Source of the DNA: the human T2T-CHM13v2.0 reference genome, Homo sapiens
Strand: one strand, 5' to 3'
Length of the DNA: 64,000 nucleotides
Assembly (NCBI RefSeq): GCF_009914755.1
Contig: NC_060930.1
In this document: positions 1 to 13,085 of the stretch, in pieces
Position numbering within the stretch: the stretch's first letter is position 1
How the letters are laid out: each line of letters starts with the position of its first letter
Made by a program: the position numbers and the translations under genes
Notes under the pieces: generated by a model
The model's input: only the letters and a program-made list of their open reading frames with translations
Database searches by the model: none
What the model was told of the DNA's origin: nothing

Positions 1-171
<171 letters not shown>

Positions 172-964
172 TTATTGCAATCTTCTTTCCCATTTGCTTC
201 AATCTAGGCTGCTATCCTGTAGTCCTGCTGCCCACTCCTTACCCTGGGACTTCCTTATCCCGCTCTCCTTTATTGTACACCTTGTTACCCAATTCCATGT
301 CATCTCTTCCTAGATTGAATCCCTAGTTTAGATGATTTATATTTTATGGTGAATTACTAAGAAAAATAAACCTTTGAGAATTGTGTTTTGAGACTTTGTT
401 ATTTGCAAAATGGCTTTTATTATTTTCATATTTGACTGATAGCTCGACTGTGTATAGAATTCTGGGCTGAAATCTTTTTCTTTTCAAATTATGAAGGCAC
501 TGCTTCACTGCCTTCTAGCTTTCAGCTCTGCTGTTAAGAAGTTCAATGCTATTCTAATTCTTAATCTGTCTTATATTAACTGCCTTTTTCCCTCTGCAAA
601 CTTCATCCTTGGTGTTCTGAAATTATTCACTGTTGTGGCCTGAAGTGGCTTCCTTACTATTCCTCTATTAATTACAGTGGGTACTTAGTGGACCCTTTCA
701 GTCAAGAAACTGAAGTCCTAGCTCTGGAAAATAGACTTGTATTTTTGGTATTTTTGTTATTGGATAATTTCCTACATTCTGTTGTCTCTATTCTCTCTTT
801 CTAGAATTTCTATAAGCTAGATGTTGGTTGTCCTGAAAGGCTCAATTCACTTATTCATTCAACAAATACTTACTGGGTACTCACTATGTGCCAGACATTA
901 CACTAAGTGCTGAGATTACAGGGATAGACAAGATAGACAATGTCTCTACCTTCAGGAAACTTAA

Positions 965-1301
<337 letters not shown>

Positions 1302-1694
1302 TAATTTTCAGTCTCTGTCTTTTGGTTTTAATTTCTGGCCTAATTCTTTACTTTTATCTTCCAATTCTTTAATTTTTTTTTTCTGAAGCTATTACATTTT
1401 TAAATTCCACATTCTCTGAATTATGGAAGCAATATTAGTTTATTTCTTCAAGGGCATTTTTTTTTTAAAGATTTACTTCTGCTGTATACATAATGTGTTT
1501 CTTCTCAGTGCTTTTAATTTGCTTGCTTAATCATTTATTTGCCTTGGTTTCTTTTTTGTTGATTTACTCAAATATTTGGTGATTCTCAACAATTCATTTC
1601 AATTTTAGTGTAAGGCAGTGAAATGCTGAGAGAAAGTTCTTGGGTATAGGTACAAGGTTTGTTGACTGTAGGATGAGTGAATATAAGCTCTCTC

Positions 1695-1867
1695 TTTTTT
1701 TTTTTTTTTAAGAGATAGAGTCTCCCTATGTTCTCCAGGCTGAAGTGCAGTGGCTATTCATAGGTGCAATAATAGTGCACCACAGCCTTGAACCCCTGGG
1801 CTCAAGTGACCCTCCTGCCTCAGCCTCCCAAGTAGCTGGGACTATAGGCATGCACCACTGTGCTCAG
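1695..1867 (-). mobile_element. FAM (fossil Alu monomer)
   Basis: Single monomer retaining the FAM-type segment ...cctatgaatagccactgcac... on the minus strand. Confidence 0.8.
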
Positions 1868-3386
1868 TTTAACCTCATTTTTGTTGAACAACGACATAAC
1901 CTCATTTTTGGTTGAATGTCCCCAAAGAATCAGTGTCTGCAAGTCTTTTCTCTAGTTGGTATTCTTCCATTATTCAAAAAAAAAGGGTGTGGGGGAGGTC
2001 TTCCAATCTCCAACCTTGAGGATTACAGAAGCAAGTTGAAAATGAAGTGGGAAACCTAGAAGTCTAGTAGCTGTATATATACACTTTGAACCAATCATCC
2101 TGCTTCCAGCCCCTTGCCTCAGACTGCCTTCCCTGTCACCTGCTGCCTCCAAATTCTGACTTGTTTTGGGGCTCTACAGAGATTATTGGCCCACTCCTTA
2201 TCCAAATGATCTACAGACACCAAAGCTGCAGCTCCCTCCAGGCTGCCAAGTGTGTTCCAAAAAAGTTTGTTTACATCTCTTGTTTATGTCATTGTCATCT
2301 CCTCTCCATTTCTCTTTGCCTTTGTAGATATATATCTTTTCATTCCTTAACTGACATTTTAACAGGACTTCAGGGAGAAAATAATTTAAAAATCAATTCA
2401 CCTTATTTAACCAGAAGGCTTAACTTTTTCTAAGGTGTTGCTTCAGAGGCTTGCTTTCATTTTCCAAAAATGACGTTAAGGATGGTACCTTTTACTAACT
2501 CATTTTTCCTTTCTGGCTCACTGTGAACAAGTAACTTCTTACAAGATTTTGACGATTAAACAAACAAATAAACAAAAAATACCATCATCTGCCTTCCCTT
2601 AAGTACAATTGCTTCATGTAAATCACATCTTCTAATTAACTGTATTAAAAGTAATTATTCATCATCCAAAGCTAACACAGCATGTTGTAGTTCTCTAGAC
2701 ACTATAAACCATATCTTTAAACAGCAATGCATTTTAATTATCAGGATTTTCATTATTATATTTTAAAGTAGTATAACAGAGTTTACATAAAATATAATCA
2801 ATGCTACTGGGGAACCAAAAGAATAAGGGACAAAGTACAAAATTCGGAATTTTTTTTCTTCCATTTCAACAGGTCCTCTCCCATCCCCAGCCCCAAAATA
2901 CAGCCCCGAGCCAGATGGCAGCCAAGAAAAACAACTTCTCCATCTCTGGGCACCAATTCTTCTAACTGAGGAGGTGTATTAAGAAAAAAGCTCTGTTTCG
3001 TGAGTTACCAGGAAGGTAAAATTAAAAAAAAAAAAAAAAGAAGAAGAAGAAAGAAGGAAACAAAGAGAGAAAAAAGCTCCAATTTTCTTGAAATAGGCCC
3101 AAGAACAAACTTTATACTATTGCTTTATATCTACAAAGAGGCTATGAAACTCTGAAAATGACTCAACTTCTTAATACTTAAAATTCAATACTCTGTATTT
3201 ATGAAGGTCAAAATATACAAACTTCTTGGTATATTGGATGGTATGTTACTTGGGGTCTATTTTGAAAAGCACCAATTCCACAACATATATTAATCATCTA
3301 TCTTTCCTATATATTTACTATAAAATATCATTCTGGCTTTTAAGCAAGAAGCCAATCATTTTGGCTTCTTGTTATGAAATTCTTAC

Positions 3387-3456
3387 CTGATGACACGGTC
3401 TCTCCCAACATTACCTTGCAACGCTTACAAATTACTTTGGTATTTGCCTTTGGTTC
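3387..3456 (-). CDS. UBE3D: UBE3D coding exon 5 (EPKANTKVICKRCKVMLGETVSS); gene continues beyond the left edge
   Basis: tttctgttctacag| acceptor, CAG|GTAAGA donor, 70 nt, phase-0 join to exon 4, second CxxC. Confidence 0.95.
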
Positions 3457-4594
3457 CTGTAGAACAGAAAAATGTCATTTAAATGTCATTCAGCTTTTCT
3501 TAAAAGGAATATATAATTTTAACATAGTCCCCAGAGTATACATTGAACTTTACATTTTATTCTGCCCTCTACTAAATACTGGGAATACATTTAGCTTGTA
3601 TGCATAATTCACATGCACAGAGAAAATTTTTCAAGTCTTAAGAAACAGTAACACACAGATTCACTTTTCCAAAACCAGCCACTTCTTGATAGTCCAAAAG
3701 TTGCCAAATAATTTGAATAAGTAGTACCTTATATTTCTAAAAAGCACTTCCAAATAGCCTTATAACTTAAAACAGGCAGATGGTGGGCAACAAAGACAGG
3801 GTTGATGACTTGCCTCAACTCATGTGTATAGAACACAGAAGAATCAGAACTTGAACTCACACTATTTTGACTCCTAGTCCAGTGTAATTTATGTAAAAGT
3901 AACCCATAACCCTTAACTACAATAAATGAAAAGTTAAAAATATCTAGTCTGTTCATATACTTCCATTTTTTCCACTTAGGATCGGCACTGTAACTGGAAA
4001 GACAGGCAGTGCTCTGGGACAATTCCTGAAACAAACCTAAGCTTCAAAAATCCAAATTCGCTATTTGAGATACAGATTAAAATAGCTAGCATTTGCCTAA
4101 TCAATAAAGAATATGCCTTTTCCCATCCATAGTTATACCTTTGTTAAAACCATACATTCCTCTCGTCCAGATATACTGTAACAAGGCAGAAGCCATATAC
4201 AGTGGGCAGGGAAAAGGAGGTTCTACAACTCTGGATACTCCAGGGTACCTTTCCTGGGAAACCACAGAATAGGTGTAGGCTGAAGTAAAGAAGGGCAGTG
4301 ACTTCTGATGTGGGATAATATGTGTATTTAATCTAAGGAAAAAAATTTTAACTGATTAATATACATTTAAGTATTTTTTCTTTGGCATAAATAATTTCCT
4401 GAAAAATTGAATAAAAAGTACATTTAAACTGAGTTCCATGGAAGTGCTGCTAGATTCAGACAGAGCTGATGTCTGAATCTGGGTCTCTCTGATGCTAAAG
4501 CTTCTGAACACTATGCTAAGTGTTTTCCAAACAACAGCTCATGTGCCCCATTAGTGGGAACCAATTCATGGAACCAATTCAGTGGATTACTGTG

Positions 4595-4910
4595 TTTTGT
4601 TTTTTTTTGTTTTGTTTTATTTTGTTTTGTTTTGAGATGGAGTCTTGCTCCATTGCCCAGGCTGGAGTGCAGTGGCGCGACCTTGGCTCACTGCAACCTC
4701 CGCCTCCCGGGTTTAAGCAATTCTCTGCCTCAGCCTCCCTAGTAGCTGGGATTACAGGCACCTGCCACCATGCCCGGCTAATTTTTGTAGTTATAGTAGA
4801 GATGGTTTCACCATCTTGGCCAGGCTGGTCTTGAACTCCTGACCTCGTGATCCACCCACCTTGGCCTCCCTAAGTGCTGGGACTATAGGCGTGAGCCACC
4901 ACACCAGGCC
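4595..4910 (-). mobile_element. Alu (AluS-like)
   Basis: Full antisense dimer; TSD tactgtgtttt. Confidence 0.95.
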
Positions 4911-5074
4911 TACTGTGTTTTTAAAAAATGAAATACAATAGAACAGAAAATATGACAGTGCTTCAAACACTGAGTAAGTACTGCTTCAAGAAACTTTTAT
5001 TTGAGGTGTGTTTGTGTATGTGTGCATGAGTGTATGTGTGTTATCAGATCTTGATGTAAAAAAATATATTCAAT

Positions 5075-5389
<315 letters not shown>

Positions 5390-6889
5390 TCAATCAGGGG
5401 TCAAAGTCAAGAGCAACAGCACAATTCATACTGGGGTCTTTCTCTATGGCCTATTCTTTCCCCCAGCCTCAAACACATGCAACTAGTAAAAAAATCCGTA
5501 AATGCCTACAGCTCTTCTATTTAAAAACTTCTGAGATGAATCCCTTCATACACTGAATTAACCTTCAGTAACATAAACACTTATTCCATTTTTTCCTGGT
5601 CTAGCTGCAGTATTTGGACAGATTCTGCAGCCTTCCTCAAAAGTCTCTGCTGAGGAAACAAAAGCACACATGAACTTCATAAGTCAGTTCAGTCCTGGCT
5701 CAAACTTTTATCCAGGCACACTCCCAAAGTGGGCCCCACAGTGTGCCATCTCTGGCCATTGCACTGACATCCTTATCAGGCACATCACAAATGGCAGGTC
5801 TCAGAGCCTGACCCAGGTGGGAAACTGGATGGTGTCATACCCATGAGAGGTAAGAGACAGACACAGAAACCTAGGAAGGTGCCAATTTATTCAGGTCCAG
5901 GAGGAAGAGAACTCAGAAAGCCAGTATGGTCTACAAAGGGTGCCATTCTGGCAGTTTAATGCTTTCTTACAGTAAAACATACCTGCATGGCTCCAAGTTG
6001 ATATTAAAAATATTTTTTAAAGAGTACTATTTTATACAAGTTAAATCTGATCACACTCATTAAATGTTACCAAAAACTAAGGGCTTTATTAAAAACTAAT
6101 ATTGGTATTGTAATAGCAATGCTTGAAAAGAAAGAATTTTTCTATTTGAAGCAGAAAATTTTTTTTCAAGTGCTTTGATATGTACTTCCTTTGTAACTGC
6201 CATCACAGAACATCTCACTTTGTCTTTCAAGGGGGCAGGAGAAGTGTTTTTTGTTTGCTTGTTTTTAAAATAAGATTCTATCCTTATCAGACATGGGTAA
6301 TCAGGATTTAAAAATCAGCTCAACAACAACCAAATTACCTCAATCACATGTGTGGCTCCTGATTCAAACAAACCTATGCTAAAAGATTCTTTTAAGACAA
6401 TTGATAAAATCTGTATATGGCCTGGTAGTATATCATCAAGGAATAATTGTTAATTTTATCAGGTGTGATAACGGTGTGGCTACATTTTTTAAATTCCTAT
6501 TTTTAGATGTAGGGATAAAATGACAAGACTGTTTTAAGCATTTCAGGAAAAAAAGAGCAGATGAAGCATACTTAATGAATCCATATTGAAATTCACAATA
6601 CTATTCTTCTTATACTTGTGAATACTTACAGAGTTTGACAACACATTTTTCTAAGAAAACAAAAAAGACACACTTATGGATTTAACAAAACAAATTACCA
6701 AAAGCAACTAATAATTACTAAGTACTCCAAGAAAGAAAAAAAGGTAAAGATGTTAGTCATCCTTGCTAGCAGTAATATTAATGTAATCAAAGATCAATTT
6801 TATTTGCTCTTTAAAAAAGAGTGAAGCCTTGAATAATATTTTGACTCTTATAAAAGGATGAAATGCCATCCTTATCGTCTATTATATAA

Positions 6890-7178
<289 letters not shown>

Positions 7179-9398
7179 CAAGATGCAAAATTTGTATTAT
7201 GTGGGCAGGCACAAAATAGCACAAGAGAGGTGATAAATGAATACACCAATAGGGAAATCTTCAGCAGGTATCTTTTAAAAATAAGTAGATACTGCTGCAA
7301 TAACAAAGGCTCCAATAAAGTATTATAAACTCTAAAAGGCTATGGAAGAAAAGAAAGTGTTGGGCTTCATGTTTGTTTGTGCTGTTTTTAAAAGCAGATC
7401 TTTTTAATTAAACATATTATAGCACATAAATTTCATTTAAAGAGAATCTCTGCTTTGTAATGCATTTTTCTTCACCTATCCTTCAAGGAAATAATAAGGC
7501 AAGTTGTGTAATGAAGCAGCCTAACAGTGTGGGAACTCTACAGAGCAAACCTCAAAGACAGACATTGTTGTGCACTAATTAAGTCAATATATCTGAGACA
7601 CCACAGGGCTGCTCAGAGAGGTGGATTAGCCTCGTGTCCTCCCTTTTATTTTCCCTTTGTGTCGTTTCAATTTCTAAGGACCCTTGATATTGTCTCATCA
7701 AAAAAATGTTTCCCAAGAGATACCATTAGGATGCTTTGTTACTATGTGACATTTCAAAACCCTGCTAGATGGCTAGACTGGGTGATAGGAGAAATAGGTT
7801 TTCAATAGCACAGAACAGCCTTGTTCCCACAGGAGCCTTGAGAGCGCTGTTTACGCAGTCCCTCCAAATTTATGTTTCTATTTTGGTCACAGGCACACTC
7901 TTTGGACTGCTACAATATACAATTAAAGAGGGACTTTCATCTAGGCTAACTTGAAGAAAATCTTTTCAACAGCATCTTGTCTTGATAGTACAGAATTTCC
8001 CACAGTCTCCTTGATACTAAAACTGTAATGTCTAAAAATATGATGGGTCTTTCTTTAATGGATAAGATAGCTGTTTACTATGAAGAGAAATTCTTGTAAA
8101 TGGCATCACATAACTGATAAAGATGTAAATGTGATGAATATATTTCAGCACAGAGTGCTGAGTTTATTTAAAAAGGGAAACATGGTTTCTCTGATTCAAT
8201 CTTTCTCTACTACTTTTCTGCTCACAACTTCCAAATGTTTTTGAAATGTATAGCTTAATCATAAAGATGAAATTTAAAACACATATAAAGTATTAGTATA
8301 TATTTAGATTAAAATACAAATTTAATTAATCATATTAAATATAACAAATATATATTAACTTACTATTTACCTTTTAAAATATAAAATGTAAAGTACTACA
8401 TTTCACCAAAGTGAACCATATTTAGATAAAGGGATTTCTGTTTACAGTGTAAAATGAGGCACTTAAATAACTTTATCTGACAACAACTTAACCTCCACAT
8501 TTGACGAATTTCCTTCATCTCCCTCAGAATAGTTCTATAAACTAATTTACAACCTAAGAGCTGCCCACCTACTGCATATTTCCTGCAGTCGCTCAGTTAT
8601 TATTACAAAAATTAAATGAGTTCTGAATGAAATTTAAAATACAATGTTTTAGTTCCCACCAATAATCAGATGTTAAAATGATTCTCTGGGAATGATTTTA
8701 CTTTTTAAATAATATCTGTATTGACTGGCCATCAGTGGAATGCTTTCTCACATGGGCCAAGCCAATGCCATTGATTTTCTTTTAAAATAAAGTAAAACAC
8801 TTGTTCTCTGCAGTGAGAGAAAATTGCCTTCTTCCCAAAGCAACTTATGCAGCAAGAGCCACCTGACCTCACACTGTCAAGCACCAACTCAGACCCTGAA
8901 ACACAAGCTTTATCTCCATTCCTGGGCTCCTCCATTCCTCTTTTTACTTGATGACATCTCCATTTATGACTTCAGCAGAAGTCTAGACTATGGGCAGAAA
9001 TAGTAAAATACCTCAGCCTAATAGTATAGTAGATATCCTGGAGCAAGACAACACTTTTAACCTAAATCAGACTATTTAGGATAAAATGCACACAAATTAT
9101 GCAATATTGTCCTAAGAACAAGAAAGCAAGACATTTTGTTTGTAAAATGGTAGCACTCGCAATTCTAAGCCTGCAGAGGTCTTCCTCTCCTTATTCTTCC
9201 AGGCGCCTGTGGCTGTTTTAGTTTAAAGCCATATGCTCTTCCTGTTTTGATAAAGCAACGATAGCGATGACAGTTGAAAATAATGAATTTTGGCCTTTAC
9301 AGCAGTCTATGTAACAAGCCCTTAATTAGGAAAAGATTGAAGAAGCCAGTATCTAAGACAGCCTCTAAATTACCATTTATTTTGAAATGATATTTTAC

Positions 9399-9630
9399 CA
9401 ATTTACAATGGTTGTCAGAAGAAACACAGCACATCTCCACTGGGGATAGTTCAGGTCTTTGCTGCCACAAACTGGTTCTTAAATTCACCAAGAAGAAAGA
9501 GTCTCCAATAAAACAGTCATTCTCTTGCGGATGAAGTGATTTATTAGCAAAGGGGTCAGGATGACAACACCATTCTCCAACTAGAGCTCCCCAGTTCTCA
9601 CTCGGCAGTGGGAGCACCCTGAGGAGCTTC
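9399..9630 (-). CDS. UBE3D: UBE3D coding exon 4 (KLLRVLPLPSENWGALVGEWCCHPDPF...NHCKL)
   Basis: tttccactag| acceptor, TTG|GTAAAA donor, 232 nt; carries the LPSENW...WCCH signature of the UBE3D/Ipa1 (HECT_2) family. Confidence 0.96.
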
Positions 9631-10614
9631 CTAGTGGAAAGAGGAAAAATCATTTTTCACAGAACAAAATGATACTAACATTTTCTTAATTAAATGACCA
9701 TAAAAGATGAAAGAAACTCATTAACCACAAGGTTTGCAATGCTAATTTTTTCCCCAATTATAAAAGTAATATATACTCACTACAGCTAATTTTGAAAATG
9801 CAAGGAGGTATAAACAAGGAAAAATCATCCTTTATCTCACTACCCAGAGATAAGTAACTAAACATGACAGTGTATTTCTTTGCCATCCGTTCAAAAGATA
9901 TATCTGTACATATCACACGAAGTTTGAGAATCGTGAATAAACATACTATATCTTGCTTTTGTTGTTTTATTTAGATGAATCCTAATTAGTCCACAATATT
10001 CTATTCCATAAGTACATCAAAACTTTTGAGATGATTCCCTCAACTGTTAGATATTTAGGTTTTGAGTTTTTCATTATCAATAACTCTGTGATGAATGTTC
10101 CTGTTAGAATATTTATGAACATATCTATTTTCCTTGGAAAGAATCCTATATAAGTGTGAGATGATAAGCACAAACTATATGCATATTTTAAAACCCAACA
10201 CCTATTTGGTGAATTTCTTTTCAGAAAGGCTGTGCCAATCTATAATTCTTCCACTCACCCTTTTCATAAATGAATACTATCATTTTTCCATTTCTGCATT
10301 AGTAATAGGTAAAAGTATTTTCAATGCTGCTTTAACTGGCAACTCTTAAATTACTGGTGAGATTCATCTAGTTTTGCTACTTATAGTCTACTGTGTTTCT
10401 TCTGTGAATTGTGATTAGTGACTATTTTCCAGGGTGGTATTATTATGTTCTTATTAATTTGTAAAAATGTGTTCTATATTAAGAGTATTAGCCTCATGCT
10501 TATTAATCTGTTACAAATTTTTTTGGTGTTACTGCCTTTTATTTTGGTTTACGTGTCTTAATGGTCAGATCACCTAACAACTTTCTTCTATAATTTCTTC
10601 TATTACTATATTTT

Positions 10615-11125
10615 AGTAAACTTTTCATTTTGGAATAACTTTAGATTTACAGAAAACTTACAAAGGTAGTGTATTAGTTCCCATATACACTTCACCCAGA
10701 TGGACCTAAACTTACTATTTTATGGTACCATGGTAGATTTGTCAAAACTACACACTTTGAATTCCACCTGTTTTTCCACTAATATCCTTTTTTTCTGTTC
10801 CAAGATCTAATTTATGATAATACTTTGCATTTAGTCATCATGTCTCCCTAGTCTCGTCTGGTCTATAACAGTTTCTCAATATTTCCTTATTTTTCAGACA
10901 CTTGAGATTTTTGCAAAGATCAGGTATTTTACAGAATATTCTTCAATCTGAGTTAGTCTAATATTGTCTCAAGATTAGGCTGGTGGTATGGATTTGGGGA
11001 AAGAATCTCACAGAAGTGAAATGTACCTTTCTCATCACATCAAATCAGAGAATATATCATATCAACACAACTTAGTGATGCTAATCTTGATAACTTCGTT
11101 AAGGTGATATATGCTAAGTTCCTCC
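10615..11125 (-). mobile_element. Old L1 (L1MC-like) 3' end fragment
   Basis: tttagatttacagaaaa...cccatatac pattern typical of antisense L1MC/MD 3' ends. Confidence 0.6.
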
Positions 11126-12774
11126 TTCTAACAAAACACAAATACTAGTAAATTAATGTACATTCAGATGTTATAAGTTAAAACATTTAAAATGTGAATG
11201 CTACTTTTTTTTTTTAACAATTCCCCCATGTTAACCATTTTCCTTTGATTTCCCCAATCAACTGAGTTGCATAAAAGGGCAATTACAGTTCAGAAGAGGG
11301 TACACAATTTATAACTGCAGAGGACAAAGCTAGAAACAAGAAAGGCTGATTTTAGTTTAACATAAGGAAGAACTTTTCCTTTGAAATTAGTATATGCTGC
11401 ACCATTGGTATCATCAAAGTGCTGAGCCTGTTAAGCATACTGAGAAGTGATTCTTTCAACGTACATTTCCTATAAGTCTACTATGAATAAGGCATTCTAC
11501 TGGCACAAAATATGAACACATACAGTCCGTCTCTCTTAAGGTACTCATGTTCTAGTAAGAAATATAGACCTACAAACAAATAACAAAAGCACATGTTATA
11601 AATGCTGGTAACAGAGTAACGGTTCTAAATTCTTGCAGTTGGCGGGGGGGGGGTGGGCGGTGGCACCGGGGGAGCAGTACAGATCCCTTTGAATATTTAA
11701 GAAAAGTGTTAGCCTCTTTCCTCAAATGTACATTTCTACAAGCACACAAAATCTGCATATTACTTTAGGGGATTCATGGATCCCCAAGACCAATCCATGA
11801 ATTCAAGGCAATAAACACAAACTGCTACAAGAATAGATTGTACACAGACTTCAGAGAAGAGGTAACATCTGAGCTGGCCTTTGAAAGATAAATAGTAGTT
11901 CTCCAGGCAGTGAAAGGAATTAAGGGCATCATGGAAGAGACAATATGAAGGTAGATGCCATATATGTTTACCTTGCCACTGTATTTCTACTGTCTTACAT
12001 TGCTCCTAACGTATATCATGAGCTCTTAAATATTTGTTGAAGAAATGAACTAGCGTATTTTGATAACTATAATGTGTGAAGCCCCTGGTTGCGTCTGTTG
12101 CACACTGGAATTAAGGGGTTAAAAACCTTTTCCCTTGCTGCTTGAGAATCTGATCTTTGGTTTAGCCACCTAGCTCTGTTACCCTGGAAACCAGGTAAGA
12201 GCTTAGGCATCCACAATATTGCTAGGCAACACTGCTTACGGTAAAAATGATCCTTGGTTGGTAAACTGCATCTGAACCAGGAAGAAATATGAATGAGCTG
12301 TAAATGTCTGATAGGACACTTTGGCCTTCCCTGAATGCAGTTTCTTCTTGGGAACCCTACAAACTATATCAAGAATTGTTACAAGAGATACTGGCTGCTT
12401 AAGGCAGGAGGCTTCTTCTGAGCCAGGGCAGCTCCCGTACCTCCCTGATGTGGAGCTTAGGCTTTGTACCTGGAACTACGTCGTGTGGGGAGACAACAGT
12501 CCCCAGAAAGGTATGTGAGCTGTCATTTGTGCAAACATGCAGAGCCCCTGCTGAGAGGAATTCTTGATGCTGCCCTGCTGGCAAGCTGGCAAGGAATGTG
12601 GCCTGTGGTAGCCTTGTGAGTCCACATGTTTAGTTAACTTAAAAAGACCCTTGGTGGCCACTAAACACACCTTATTTCATTTAATGCTCGCAACAACTTT
12701 GAGAGACAGGAAATACCATTTTCCTGTACAGAGGAGGAAAGTGAGGCTCAGAAATGTTCAATAATCTGCATTAA

Positions 12775-13085
<311 letters not shown>

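Noticed and set aside
1870-1917. Direct repeat taacctcatttttg(g)ttgaa beside the FAM
   Set aside because: Both copies are on the same side of the element, so not a TSD; an ordinary small slippage duplication.
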